A stretch of DNA of 64,000 bases from the human T2T-CHM13v2.0 reference genome, Homo sapiens (GCA_009914755.4 CP068257.2:30944001-31008000), one strand, 5' to 3'; numbered from the stretch's first letter, positions 30,687-47,346 are shown. Notes: generated by a model from the sequence alone, not told the origin. Translations and numbers: made by a program.

Positions 30687-31500
30687 TTAATTTAAGAACA
30701 TATTACATATTGGTTTAATGATGAATAATGAACTGTTAACTGGTTCTCATATTTTTTTTCCTCATCTTACCACATCTTCTTACGTAAGAAAGCTGTGGAA
30801 GACAACCATTTTTCAGGTTAACATTGAAAGGAAAAAATACTAGGAATTCTTACTATCCCTGATATTTAAAAAAATGTATTTTTGAGCTGCTAAAGGCCTT
30901 GCAGGAATACTGTTCTTTTACTCCTAACAGTGTTTTAGGGCTGTTCAATTACAGTGTTTTAAATGGCGCTTTTAATGCAGGTTAAAAAGAATAAGCTATC
31001 AAAAAGGATTATCATCAATTCCACATGATCAGCCAAACACTGAAAGGAGAGGAATTTCCTCAGTGTTTTGCCGTGTACTGAAGTGCTCTGCCCCAGAGAG
31101 AAGCATGTCCTTGATCAGGGAAGTCCATGTGCTGACATGCTTTCCCTTTCCTCTTTCACACAGTCCATCTCGAAAGATCCCCCAACATTTGCGAACAGTA
31201 ACAAAACACAACTCTGAATACATTGCGGTGAGGACCTGCCAACAATTATTAGGTGGAAACACATGAAATTGCCAATACTCAACCATTTTTGAGCTACAGA
31301 AGGGAAAGGGTCATTTCATCTGGTTCGTCGAATACATATAAAAGCAAGCTGCAACTTATTAAAGAGCAAGACAAAAGCTTCCTTTATCTACCTAATTCAT
31401 CCTAGATTAGAGTTTTACCAAAGGAGCTACAGAGTACAGTATTTTGTAAGTCTGTAGAGAAATGACGAGGTCAATTTTTAAACGTAAAGAACTGCTTTCT

Positions 31501-31775
31501 CACACCTGTAATCCCAGCACTTTGGGAGGCCGAGACCGGCAGATCATCTGAGGTCACGAGTTCGAGACCAGCCTGGCCAACATGGCAAAACCCCGTCTCT
31601 ACTAAAAATACAAAAATTAGTCAGGTGTGGTGGCACATGCCTGTAGTCCCAGCTACTCAAGAGGCGGAGGCAGGAGAATCGCTTGAACCTGGAAGACAGA
31701 GGTGGCAGTGAGCTGAGATTGTGCCACTGCACTCCAGCCTGGGCTAGAGCAAGAATCCGTCTCAAAAAAAAAAAA
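31501..31775 (+). mobile_element. Alu SINE, 5'-truncated (its A-tail ends 64 bp from the 5' splice site of CFAP298 exon 2)
   Basis: Alu consensus. Confidence 0.95.
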
Positions 31776-31838
31776 AGGAACTGTTTTCATACTTATGCCT
31801 GTATCAAGCATGCACATAGAAGAGAAATCCTCACTTAC

Positions 31839-32006
31839 CTTGCCCATTCCTTCGTCCAATATCATCCTTTTTAAACACTGCACCTCCGCTGGGTACGCAT
31901 TTTTCACCCCATTCATCCTTCAATTTCAATTCTTCAATCTGATCATCGGTCAGTCCTTGCATATTAGGAGGGAGAAATATGCCATGTTCGGCTAATTCTT
32001 CCATTT
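31839..32006 (-). CDS. CFAP298: CFAP298 exon 2 (EMEELAEHGIFLPPNMQGLTDDQIEELKLKDEWGEKCVPSGGAVFKKDDIGRRNGQ-)
   Basis: Acceptor tttttaag| and donor CAAG|gtaagt. 168 nt, with phase 1 at both ends. Confidence 0.85.
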
Positions 32007-32167
32007 CTTAAAAATAAGTGAAAGACAGTATCACAATCATAACACCTCATACCCCATTGGAATGTAAGCTCCAAAGAGTCAGGGGTCTTGCCCATCTGGC
32101 TCACTATTTTATGGAACAAACATTTATATGCCACTTGCTATGTGCCAGACCTGGCCTGGGCCTTTGA

Positions 32168-32551
<384 letters not shown>

Positions 32552-33012
32552 TGAATTTTCAGTTCACTAATGTGACTCTTAGCATTCAGCACATTTCCAA
32601 TTTATAACGTTATAGGAAAAGAAGATGAATTCCTTTTCTCCTCAAATGCTTTAACTTAAAAATAACATTTAATATTGAGTTTGTGTTGGAACCTCAATTA
32701 AGAAACTACACATAAGTTTCATGAAAAGAACCATGACCCTCAGGAATTTCTCCACGGTGCAAAACTCACATATTCATATAATGTAATCAATACATTTCAT
32801 AATAAATCACATATTCATGCAATTTAATAAATCACATAAATGAATATACTATTTATTGCAAATAGTTACGTTTGTATATTCTATATATACACGATAGTTA
32901 TATAAACAGTAATATCCTAGACCACATCAGGAAGTATCATCCCGTCAAGTTCAAAAACTATGCTGTCTAATGCGGCAGCTACTCGCTCCACTTGGCGATT
33001 TAAATTTATTTA

Positions 33013-33440
<428 letters not shown>

Positions 33441-34105
33441 ATGCAAATGTAAAATTCGGTTGCCTGGCCGCACTAGCCACATTCCAAATGCTCTACGGCC
33501 ACAAGTGGCCGGCAGCTGCCCAATGGACAGCACAGATGGGGGCCCTTCCACCGCCGGAAAGTTCTGCGGCAAAGCGGGTGCCCTGGAACCTGCGCGGGGT
33601 AGGGAGACGGCGCCGCAACGCAACAGGCCGTTTCCAGGGCGGGGAAAGATCACCAAGGCTTCCTCAACTGTAAGGGGCCGTCCCAAAGCCAGGTGGCTCG
33701 CTGCTTTACATTGGGCGACTAAAAATAGTAAATTCAGCTTTTAAAAGCCCACCTAGTTCTCATCTCACCCCTCACACGTGATTAATTGCACTAAGTCTGC
33801 TGTTCAGCCCGGCCTTTCGGCTCCCTCCTCCCTCCCCAGCCCATTTCCACTTATTCGCAGCACCCCAAATCCTGGCTCCGAGAGGCACCTGGGCCCACCT
33901 CCCAGCCCGGGGTGTCAGACAGGCCGGATCTTCTCCGGTTCCTTATTCATCTCCGGTTAACCCTAGTGTCCCGTTTCAACCCCGGCTGCTGCAAATCTCT
34001 TCAATAATCTTCACAAACCTGACCCCTCGGCCCACCCTGCCCCTCTTTCTCCATCCCACGCCGGTCTCTCGATCTGTCCGGGATGGGCCCACCCGCGAGC
34101 CGCAC

Positions 34106-34244
34106 CTGAGCAGAGGCGCTGCACCTTGAGCCGCCCATTATAGACCCGGGCCACCTGCACCGTGAGCTCCTCCAGCTCGGTACTCCCAGGCGCCTGCAGC
34201 AGGAACTGGCTCTCGTCGCCCCGCTTCACGTGCAGCAGAACCAT
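34106..34244 (-). CDS. CFAP298: CFAP298 exon 1 coding part (MVLLHVKRGDESQFLLQAPGSTELEELTVQVARVYNGRLKVQRLCS-)
   Basis: ATG at 34244-34242 on the minus strand and donor TCAG|gtgcgg. 139 nt. The 5' UTR extends upstream to an unseen TSS around 34.3-34.45 kb. The seven exons sum to 873 nt, giving 290 aa plus stop. Confidence 0.9.
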
Positions 34245-34418
34245 GGCGGTCCCGCCGAGGTACTGAGGCGTTGAGAAGGCCCCGGCTGCGTGGCCCGCGG
34301 GTCCTGCCGGCCGAGGGTCGCCGGATCGCCAGCAGCTGCGACGCACTAACAGCCGCTCACAGTCCGGAATCCCACGCTCCCTAGCCCGCGGTGAGCGGGG
34401 GAAACGGCACTCGCTCCC

Positions 34419-34427
34419 GGAAGTGGA
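34419..34427 (+). promoter_or_regulatory. ETS/GABP-type motif CCGGAAGTG
   Basis: Exact CCGGAAGTG about 180 bp upstream of the CFAP298 ATG in the gene's sense frame of reference. A second identical copy lies at 34627-34635. Confidence 0.5.
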
Positions 34428-34626
34428 TGTTGCCAAGAGCAACAGTGAAGCAGAGTTAAAGAGCCGCCAGCTCAAGCTCAGAACCCGAGTGGGGGAGGCT
34501 GGGGTGCACCGAGGCCCAGCAATCCAAGCCCGTACGGAGCTGCGGCCGGGGAAACCACCCACACAGTCTGAGAGGACAGCTGATTCTGAGCGGACCGACG
34601 GAAGGAGATTCGCAGAGCCCCTTCCC

Positions 34627-34635
34627 GGAAGTGAC
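34627..34635 (+). promoter_or_regulatory. ETS/GABP-type motif CCGGAAGTG (second copy)
   Basis: Identical 9-mer 208 bp from the first copy. Paired ETS sites are typical of CpG-island or bidirectional promoters. Confidence 0.45.
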
Positions 34636-35220
34636 TGTTGTCGCGGCAACTGCCAAAACACAGACCAAGTCGCTGAAGGGGAGGGCGGACCTCCCAATCG
34701 ACTGGTCTGGGGCCCGAGATTTCCACTCAGGGAGATACGTGGGCTGAGATGGGAGTTACTAGATGGGGAACGGGAAATACGGCGGGAACCACAATCGCGC
34801 AGTTCCGCAGCTGCCGCCCCACAACCGCTCCACATTCCAGCGTCCCTTCCGCCGCTTTCAGTCTCCACTTCCGGCAACGTTTCCACGCTGTTTCCGGCCT
34901 GGGAAAGTTCGGCGGCAGCGACCCAGAACTGAGTCTTGCTGTTCGCTGCTGTTTGCGCGGGTCAGCTTTTCAGGACGGAGGGGCCAGGGCGAGTGTCCGC
35001 ACTTCTTCGTTCAGGTTGATTTGGATGGCGTTGCTGGGGTAGCTCCAGCGGCCCCTGCCAGAGCGACCCTCCCAGAAATATCCAGCCATCCTCCAGCGGA
35101 CTCTTGCTGAAGGCAGTCGGCGTCAGTCGCTGTTTATTCCGGGCCCCACAGATCCAGAGTCACTGCTCTCATGGAGCTTATATTTTAGTGTGACAAAAAG
35201 AAAACAAAAATAAATGGACA

Positions 35221-35521
35221 GGCCAGGAGCGGTGGCTCACGCGTGTAATCCCAACACTTAGGGAGGCCGAGGAGGGCGGATCACCTGAGGTCAGGAGTTC
35301 GAAAGCAGCCTGGCCAACATGGTGAAACCCCTTCTCTACTAAAAATACAAAAATTAGCCGAACGTAGTGGCGCGTGCCAGTAATTCCAGCTACTAGGGAG
35401 CCTGAGGTGGGAGAATTGCTTGAACCCGGGAGGCGGAGGTTGCAGTGAGCCTAGATCGCGCCACTACCCTCCAGCCTTGGCGACAGAGTGAGACTGTGTC
35501 TCAAAAATAATAAATAAACAA
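35221..35521 (+). mobile_element. Alu SINE
   Basis: Alu consensus. Confidence 0.95.
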
Positions 35522-35587
35522 ACGGACAACACAAATTCAAATACAGATCTAAAGAAAACTAAACAGGTTGATGGACTTCTTATGTTT

Positions 35588-36679
<1,092 letters not shown>

Positions 36680-36761
36680 TAAAATGGGCACAATATCCCT
36701 AAAGTTTCACATTCCGAAACATTTTTTAAATATTTGCTTTTTAGAAATTTGTTTCAATTAA

Positions 36762-37430
36762 GAAACTGCGGTATACACACACAATGAAGTATTATTCAGC
36801 CTAAAAAGGAATAAAATCCTCTCCGCTGCAGAAAAAATGGATGAGATTGCAGGTCTGTATGTTAAGTGAAATAAGCCAGGCACAGAATGACAAATATTAC
36901 ATGTCCTCACTTATACGTAGGAACAAAAAAGAAAATCTTGGCCAGGTGGCTCAGGCCTGTAATCCCAGCACTTTGGGAGGCCGAGTTGCACGGATTACTT
37001 GAGGCCAGGAGTTTGAGAGCTGCCTGGCTAACATGGTGAAACCCCGTCTCTACTAAAAACACAAACAATTAGCCAGGCGTGGTGATGCGTGCCTGTAGTC
37101 TCAGCTACTCGGAAGGCTGAGGCCCAAGAAGCGCTTGAACTCGGGAGGTGGAGGTTGCAGTGAGCCTGGACTGTGCCTGTATGCTCCAATCTGGGCAATG
37201 GAAAGAGACTCCATCACACACCTACAAACAAAAGGAATCTCAGGAAGGTGGAGAGTATAAAGGGGGTTAGCAGACGCTAGGAAGAAAAGGGGTGGATGGG
37301 GAATGAGGAGAAGTGGATAATTGGGTCCCAAAATACAGAAAGATGGAGTAAGTGAGTTCTAGTGTTTGATAGTACAGTATGAAAATTTTAGTTCACAAGA
37401 ATTTCTTGCATATTTCCAGATGCTTTGGTA
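36762..37430 (+). mobile_element. L1 3'-end fragment interrupted by an Alu at 36940-37220
   Basis: tattcagcctaaaaaggaataaaatcc...gtgaaataagccaggcacagaatgacaaatattacatgtcctcacttata is the L1 ORF2-end and 3' UTR sense strand. Confidence 0.7.
36940..37220 (+). mobile_element. Alu SINE nested in L1
   Basis: Alu consensus, older and diverged. Confidence 0.9.
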
Positions 37431-37497
37431 AGAAGCTTCCTAACTTTCTCATTATGCTGGTTTTTAAGCTCTTGTCTTCTGCTCTTGAAATCATGCT

Positions 37498-38035
<538 letters not shown>

Positions 38036-38833
38036 TAACCCCAAGTGCTAAAAGTATAATATGCCTCAAAGAAAACATTGGCCACACTTTCATGACATCA
38101 GATTGGGCAATGCTTTCTGGGATATGACACCAAAAGCATAGGCAACGAAAGAAAATTAGATTCCTTGGATTACATCTAAATGACAGACACTTTTGTGCAT
38201 CAAAAAACACTGTGAACTGAGTGAAAAGATAACCCATGGATTCGGAAAAATATTTGCAAATCATATATCTGAAAAGAGGCTGATATCCATCATGTATAAA
38301 GAACAGCTAGAACTAAGCAACAAGAAACCCAAAGCATCCCATTGACAATGGTCAGAAGACTCGAGTAGACGTGTCCCTAAAGAAGATACAGCAATGGCCA
38401 ATAAGCATCTAAGATGATGTTCAAAATCACTCATCATAGGGAAGCGCAAATCAAACCAATAATGTGATACCACACATTAGGATGGATATGATAAACAAGC
38501 ATTGGTGAGACTAGAGGGAAGTAGGAATGCTCGAATATGATTGCAGGGAATGTAAAACCGTGAAGCAACAGTGAAAATAGTATGGCGTGTACTGGAAAAA
38601 TTAGAAACAGAATTATCAGATGTTCCTGCAGTTGCATTTGTGGGTACCTACCAAAAAGAATTAGAAGCCAGGAGTGGAAGAGATATTTGTACACCCATAT
38701 TCATAGCAGCATTATTCACAACAGCCAAAATGTGGAAGCAACCCGAGGGTTCGTGGACAGATGAATGAAAAAGCACACTGCAGTTCATTCATACAGTGGA
38801 AGACTATTCAGCCTTCAAAAGGCAGGCACTTCT

Positions 38834-39216
<383 letters not shown>

Positions 39217-39249
39217 TTATCGTCAGTGAAATAAATAAATCCCAGAAGG

Positions 39250-39598
<349 letters not shown>

Positions 39599-41249
39599 CT
39601 AGAGTAGTTAAACTCATAGAGTTGTGAACTAGAATGGTGGCCCCCAGGGGTGGGCGAGAGAGAGGAATGGAGAGTTTGGTGAATGGGTGCAATTTCCATT
39701 TTGAAAGATAAAACTGTTCTGGAGATGATGGCGGTGATGGTTGCTAAACAATGTGAATGTACTTAATGTCATTAAACTGTAAACTGAAAAACAGTGGAAA
39801 TTGTAAATGTTTATACTGGCCATTCTATAGGAAATAATATATATTTATAATTTTTAATATTTATATGTGGTATATTTTCCCATAATCAAAGATGAAAATG
39901 AAAGCAGTTGGATCTTTAAAAAGGAAAGAAGCGAATAATACGTACCAGCTTTCTCCTGATTAGAGGAAGAGCCCCAAAGCTTCTATGGACACTCACTTTT
40001 CTCTTCTTCTTGCATTATTATGAGGAAATCCTTAGAGGTTGGGGAACTTGGGTGACTTTGGCTAATGAGGAGCTCTGTGCCTTGAGGCCCCCAGGCCACA
40101 GAATAGTAAATACTCAGTCTGTGCCTCCAGCCCTGCAGTGTGAGGTTCCAGTCCTGTGGGCTCCACACCCGTCACCTGTATCAGGAGGCTCATGTCTCAC
40201 CCTGTCTTCTTGCCAGCCTTGAGGACGGAGTCTGAGCCTCCATCATGCACCACGCAGGGAGGACAGTGGACCTGTTCTCCGTGGTCACGGCCTAGCAGAG
40301 GGGAAGGGCAGTTCAGTGAGTGCTGAGGGACCGCTGGGAGGCTTGTTTTGTTTCCTCATCCTCAAGACAAACAAGAGAGTGCGGTGGGCAGATGGGAGGA
40401 GACCAATGTGCAAACTGTCCACTCAGCAGACTGTGGAGTTTCTGTTCTTGGTTGTGGTGGGGGGTCTCAGAAATCTTATTCAAAATTTTGCTTTCCTCCC
40501 CCACTGGTTGTCCTTTTCATAGACATCTCATCCATGATAGCAGGGAATGAGTCTCTCTAAACTATTCCCTAAGAACAACAAAAAGATTATGAAGGTGATG
40601 ATGAGGATAAAGAGGATGATGACAGACACCATGGCACCATGAACCCTTACTGAGGGCTTCCTAAAGGCCAGACTCTGAGCTCTGTGCTCTATGCAGCTTG
40701 TTTCATTTCATCTGCGTAGTCTCCCAGTTATTAGTGCACATTTCATTATTATTTTACAGACTAGAAAAGGAGCAACGCATTTTCATATAACTTGTACCAG
40801 ATCATGAAGTCAAAAAGGGTGAAGTCCAATTTGAACCAGGCAGTCTAAGTCCAGACACATGGCATTTGGCCAGTCCTCTCCCTGCATCCAACCTGCCCTC
40901 TCAAATCCTTGTCACTCAGGCCGATGCCCCTGCTCACTGTGCCCTTCCCTTTGGGGGTTCCTTGTAGACCACAGCTAGACCAGTGGGTGCCACAATCACT
41001 GTGTCAAGTATAGAAAGGGCAGCTGAGATCACATCAAGGATTCCAGAAAGAATTAGTACAGGATCATTCGGGATGCATCTCTCCCTTGCCCCTGTTCCTG
41101 GCTTTCCTTACAGCTCTCGACTTCCTCAAAGGAGTCATCAGTTCGGAGATTGGCTTCCATTCCTATTGAGGAAGCTGGAAACCGTTTCAAAAATGCTCCT
41201 CAGATGTGCCTGTGGTTAAGACCTCTGAGCTCTGCTTAAAACTTTTTGA

Positions 41250-41599
<350 letters not shown>

Positions 41600-42109
41600 T
41601 TAGAGTCTGGCCATGAATTTGGAATACCACCCTTTCTACTTATCTGTATGGCAAAGGGTGAGACGTCCATCCTCTGAGACTCAGCACTCTCATCTGAGTT
41701 GATCTAGTTGATCCAATGGAAGTGAGCGATGATGAAACCGATCGTGGGTGCCCGCTGCGTGATCTCTATGTGATGGATGCATAAAGTAAAGGCAAAGTGA
41801 ATTTTAGATACATTCATTAATATTTTAAGCTTAAAGTCCATACAATTCACCGGAAATATCCCCTGACCTGAAGTTCTGGTTTCCCTGCATTCCAAACAGG
41901 ACATTTTGTTTTGTCTTTGTCTCGGTAAGTACTGAGTATTGTGAGAGGAACAAGTGAGTGTCTTCTGTTTCTGATTCCCCAGAGTCTATATCTTGCTTGG
42001 CACATAGGAGATAGCAAAAGGAAACATCTATGTCAATTACTGAATCGACACTTCCTTGGTTCACAAACATTGGCTGTCATCAGCGTGACTTCGACTTACT
42101 TGATTCTTT

Positions 42110-42407
<298 letters not shown>

Positions 42408-43089
42408 AAACGTTCTTATGAAAATTCTAAGTCCACCTAAGCTAAGGACAGGAGTTATAGCTTACATGAATTTTAAAACAAGATGCACCGATTTGAGTAA
42501 GCAATTACTCTCTTGAAGGAGAAAAGTCAGAAAGCATAATGAAATCACTAGGACCTAACTGGCATGTGGAACTATTTTCTGCTTATGAACTATCAACTTT
42601 AATTTCATTTCCAGATGGCATGGTTTCAGCTGTTATACAGTGTTTATAAATGTTCTAAATCAAGGGAATTTGTATCAATCTATTAGAATAAAATAAAATA
42701 TTTGAGTTCTTAATTTCCTTTAATTAGGATAACCTTTTTCTTAAAGTGAAGAGAATGGTTTTATTACATATTTTTCTTCGGAAAAGATAGGCTATATTTT
42801 CTAGCAATTACGAATTTGTTATATATGATGATCTGGTTCTTGGAACATTCTTGAATCTAGTGTCTCTAAGGCAGGTGTGTAGAGCAAGAAGTGAATAACA
42901 CAGAAATCAATGATGAAAGCATTAGAAGACAATTGAGTTTGTCAGAACTGTAAAATATTGCTGAGTGTGGATTGCTCTGAAATCTGAAAACATGACTTGT
43001 GAATTGCTTATATCCAAAATGCAGACACAATGCTGGGTGTTGGTTTACTTGTTTCCGGTTTTTCAACCCTCTTTTCTAAGCAAAAGATG

Positions 43090-44020
43090 TCCAAACTATA
43101 CAGACCCACAGAATCTAACAGATGTCTTTATATTCCTCCTCCTAGAACTCTCAGAGGATCCAGCACTGCAGCTGGTCGTCACTGGGCTGTGCCTGTGTGC
43201 CTGGTCACGGTGCTGTGGAACCTGCTCAGCATCCTGGCCGTCAGCCCTGACTCCCACCTCCACACCCCCATGCACTTCTTCCTCTGCAACCTGTCCTTGC
43301 CTGACATCGGTTTCACCTCCACCACGGTCCCCAAGATGATCGTGGACATCCAATCTCACAGCAGAGTCATCTCCTATGCAGGCTGCCTGACTCAGATGTC
43401 TCTCTCTGCCATTTTTGGAGGCATGGAAGAGAGACATGCTCCTGAGTGTGATGGCCTATGACCAGTTTGTAGCCATCTGTCACCCTCTGTATCATTCAGC
43501 CATCATGAACCCGTGTTTCTGTGGCTTCCTGGTTTTGTTGTCTTTTTTTTTCTCAGTCTTTTAGACTCCCAGCTGCAAAACTTGATCGCCTTACAAATCA
43601 CCTGCTTCAAGGATGTGGAAATTCCTAATTTCTTCTGTGACCCTTCTCAACTCCCCCATCTTGCATGTTGTGACACCTTCACCAATAACATTATCATGTA
43701 TTTCCCTGCTGCCATATTTGGTTTTCTTCCCATCTCGGGGACCCTTTTCTCTTACTATAAAATTGTTTCCTCCATTCTGAGGGTTTCATCATCAGGTGGG
43801 AGCTATAAAGCCTTCGCCACCTGTGGATCTCACCTGTCAGTTGTTTGCTGATTTTATGGAACAGGCGTTGGAGGGTACCTCAGTTCAGATGTGTCGTCTT
43901 CCCTGAGAAAGCGTGCAGTGGCCTCAGTGATGTACACAGTGGTCACCCCCATGCTGAATCCCTTGATCTACAGCCTGAGAAACAGGGATATTAAAGGTGT
44001 CCTGTGGCAGCCGTGCAGCC
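43090..44020 (+). pseudogene. OR7E-family olfactory receptor pseudogene with at least 3 frameshifts and no intact start
   Basis: OR signature peptides are spread over three frames: [124 protein letters not shown]. The closest recalled family is OR7E. I cannot verify the locus name (possibly OR7E23P). Confidence 0.8.
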
Positions 44021-44104
44021 GCACGGCAGCACAGTCTCATCTCAATATCTTATCTGTTCCATTCCTTTTGCAGGATGGGTTAAAAAAGGCAGCAAGGTCA
44101 AATA

Positions 44105-45885
44105 AGAATGACATCCCAGGGTGAACACCCACTGTGATATTACGAGTAATACCTCCCTAGGATATAAAAAACACTGTCACAGAGTATACACATGGGGTAC
44201 ACCCACTGTGATATTAGAAGCAATATCTCCCTAAAATATTATGAAAAATATCACAGGGTGTGCAGAGACTGTGTGATATTAGGAGTCATATTTGCCCTGG
44301 TTATTACGACTAATATCAAGGGTGTACACACACGGGGTAAACTTACTGTGATATCAGGAGTTGTATCTCCCTGGGATATTATGAATAATATCACAGGGTA
44401 TACACTATGTGTGTACATCCACTGTGATATTTGAAGTAATATCTCTCTATGAGATTACAAATAATATCAAAGTGTGTACACCCCTGTGACATATTAGGAG
44501 TAACATCCTTCTAGGGTATTACAGATAACGTCACAAGGTGTACACCTTCTGTGACATTTTGTGCACCCTTTGTGACATTAAAAGAAACAACCCCCTAGGA
44601 TATTACGAATAATGACACGGGCGGTTTACACACATGGTGTACACCTCCTGTGCCATCAGGGGTAACATTCCCCTAGGATATTACGAATAATATCACAGCA
44701 GGTGAACACACATGGTGTACACCCCGTGTGACATTAGGAGGAACATGCCCCTAGGGTATTAGGAATAGTATCACAGGCGTTGAATACGCATGATATACAC
44801 CCCCGGTGACATTAAAAGTAACATCCCCCTAGGATATTAACAAGAATATCACAGGGAGTACACCCCATGTGACATTAGGAGTAACATCCCCCGAGGATAT
44901 AACGAATAATATCAGAGGGTGTACACGCATTGTGACATTAGTAGTAACAGCCCGCTATGATATGACGAGTAATATCACAGGGTGTACACCACGTGTCACA
45001 ATTGTAGTAACATTCCCCTAGAATATTACGAATAATATCACAGGAGGTACAGCCCCTGTGATTCACGAGTAACATTTCTATAGAATATTACAAGTCATAT
45101 CACTGTGTGACTCTGTGTACACCCCATGTGACATTGGGAGTAACATCCCACAAAACTATTACAAATAATATCACAGGGTGAACACCCTCTGTGACATGAG
45201 GAATAACGTAGTTTTAGGATATTATGAATGATATGACAAGGTGTACACACCCTGTGATGTTAGAAGCAACATCCGTCTAGGATATTAGGAATAATATCAC
45301 AGGGAACACACCCCCTGTGACATTAGGATATTACAAATAATATCACAAGGTGTACACGCATTGTGACATTAGTAATAATATCCCTCTCATATACTATGAA
45401 TAATATCACAGGGGGTACATCCCTGTGACATTAGGAGTAACATCCCCCTAGAATATGATGAATAATATTGCAGGGGGTACACACCCTGTGACTTCAGGAG
45501 TATCACCGCCCTGGAATATGAGGAATACTGTCCCAGGGTATTAACCCCCTGTGACCTGAGGAGTAACATCCCGCTGGAATATTATGAATAATATCACAGT
45601 GTGTACACCAACTGTGATATTAGGAGTTCTATTTATTTTTAGGATATTAGGGATAATATCACAGCAGATATACACAAATAGTGTGTACACCTACTGTGGT
45701 ATTAAAAGTTATGTCTCCCTAGGGTATTGCGAATAACATCACAGTGGGTGTACACCCACTGTGATATTTGAAGTAATATCTCCCTAAGATATGACAAAAA
45801 ATATCAAAGGGTGGACCCCGTCTGTGACATCAAAAATAACATCTCTTGTGGATATTCCGAATAATATCACTGGGGAGTGTGTATT
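44105..45885 (+). repeat. Satellite-like tandem array 2: ~64-74-bp unit, ~27 copies, dimer of ~32-bp subunits each carrying GATATTA-N4-TAATATC
   Basis: Periodic gtgtacaccc.ctgtgacattaggagtaacatccccctaggatattacgaataatatcacagg. It starts about 90 bp after the OR pseudogene. Confidence 0.9.
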
Positions 45886-46485
45886 GGGGAAGGGGGCCTG
45901 TGGGGAGAAAGTGTATGACTGAAGGCCTGGAAATGCCCAAAGCCAATCCCGGCTTCATAGGAAGACTGATAACTGATAGTGGATAGAAGGGGGATGGAGC
46001 CTTAGGGGGAAGATGTGTTATTATTTCTTGTACTGTTGAGACAGGGATCACCCAAACGCTGGAACAGGCAGTACTGGTCTGATTGGCAAATGTCTATCTC
46101 GCCGGAAGGAGAAATGGGCTACTATGTTTTCTTAGCTCCTGACTGCCCGCCATAAGGTCATGCCCTTTCTCTTGAATCCAATTCTGTACCCATCAACTTC
46201 TTAAAATTTTACAGTATAGCCTTCCAGATAGAGAGCTACATGTCCACAAACTTACATATTTTACAGGGTCTCAATATAATTTTTAATAATATTGAGAAAT
46301 GTAGAAAATCGTTGCATAAGAACCCATGTACTGACCATCCAGTTTTGTTTAAATATGTAGGTTAGTAATCATCTAGTGATTATTAAAATCACCACAGATC
46401 AAGCCTGTGCAGTATCTTTAAATTTGTCAGCCCTGGTATTCGTTGTCCTCATGACTTTATTATAACTGCATTCTGTTCAGCATTT

Positions 46486-46782
46486 TCTTTTTTTTCTTTT
46501 TTCTCTTTTTTTGAGACAGAGTCTCACTCTTGTCGCCCAGGCTGGAATGCAGTGGCTCATTGCAACTGCTGCCTCCTGGGTTCAAGCAATTCTCCTGCCT
46601 CAGCTTCCTGAGTAGCTGGGATTACAGGCGCCTGCCACCACGCCCAGCTAATTTTTGTATTTTTAGTAGAGACGGGGTTTTGCCATGTTGGCCAGGCTGG
46701 TCTCGTGACCTCAGGTGATCCGCCCGCTTCAGCCTCCCAAAGTGCTGGAATTATAGGCGTGAGCCACCACCTGGCCCTGTTC
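46486..46782 (-). mobile_element. Alu SINE with 17-bp TSD ctgttcagcattttctt
   Basis: Reverse-complement Alu with a perfect flanking duplication. Confidence 0.95.
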
Positions 46783-47346
46783 AGCATTTTCTTAAGGTCC
46801 TTTTCTTCTCATACAGGTCTTGTCTTAAATATCTGTGGTTAGCTCTTTCTTGGTGTGGTTTCAGCAATCATAAATCATGCAAAGCCTGTTGTCTTGCCCT
46901 CAGGCACCCAAGTGACTTCTGAATCTGAAGACCAAGATGACACCTGGTGTGTGGTCTTGTGAGTTTTGGCTGGTTTTCTCTTAGTGTTTTAGGTGCTGTT
47001 TCTGTTCTAGGATGAAGAGCATCTTATGACCATTTGTATCTGTTAAGCAATTCATCAGTGATTAACGTCCTGGTCTGGATAATTTATGAGTCATTCATGA
47101 TGGCTGCTGGATGTCAGGCAGCCAGAAAGAAAAAGAGAAAATTTAACTCTATTGACTGCTTTTTTTTTGTCCTAATACACTACAGATACAGTTAAAGCCC
47201 CCACATACCTCTTTCTAATCCCATTCTCTTCTTCTTCTCCAGAGGTAAATTGCTATTCTAAATTTGGTGTTTATCATTTCCATTGCATGTTTTTTATACC
47301 ATTAACGTGTATGTACCCCTAAAAATATATCCTCGTGTATTTTAAA

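Larger units (their letters stand above)
33480..35110. promoter_or_regulatory. CpG island and promoter of CFAP298
   Basis: There is a sharp rise in GC and CpG density. It overlaps exon 1 and the 5' flank and is bounded by an AT microsatellite (33311-33440) on one side and an Alu (35221) on the other. Confidence 0.8.

Noticed and set aside
34011-34886. 291-aa minus-strand ORF in the track
   Set aside because: Only 34106-34244 is real (CFAP298 exon 1, ending at a GT donor). The rest is GC-rich CpG-island sequence that happens to lack stops.
44105-45885. Repeat arrays considered as possible CRISPR-like repeat-spacer structure
   Set aside because: This is a eukaryotic context. The units are contiguous and degenerate with no unique spacers, so it is a satellite, not a CRISPR array.
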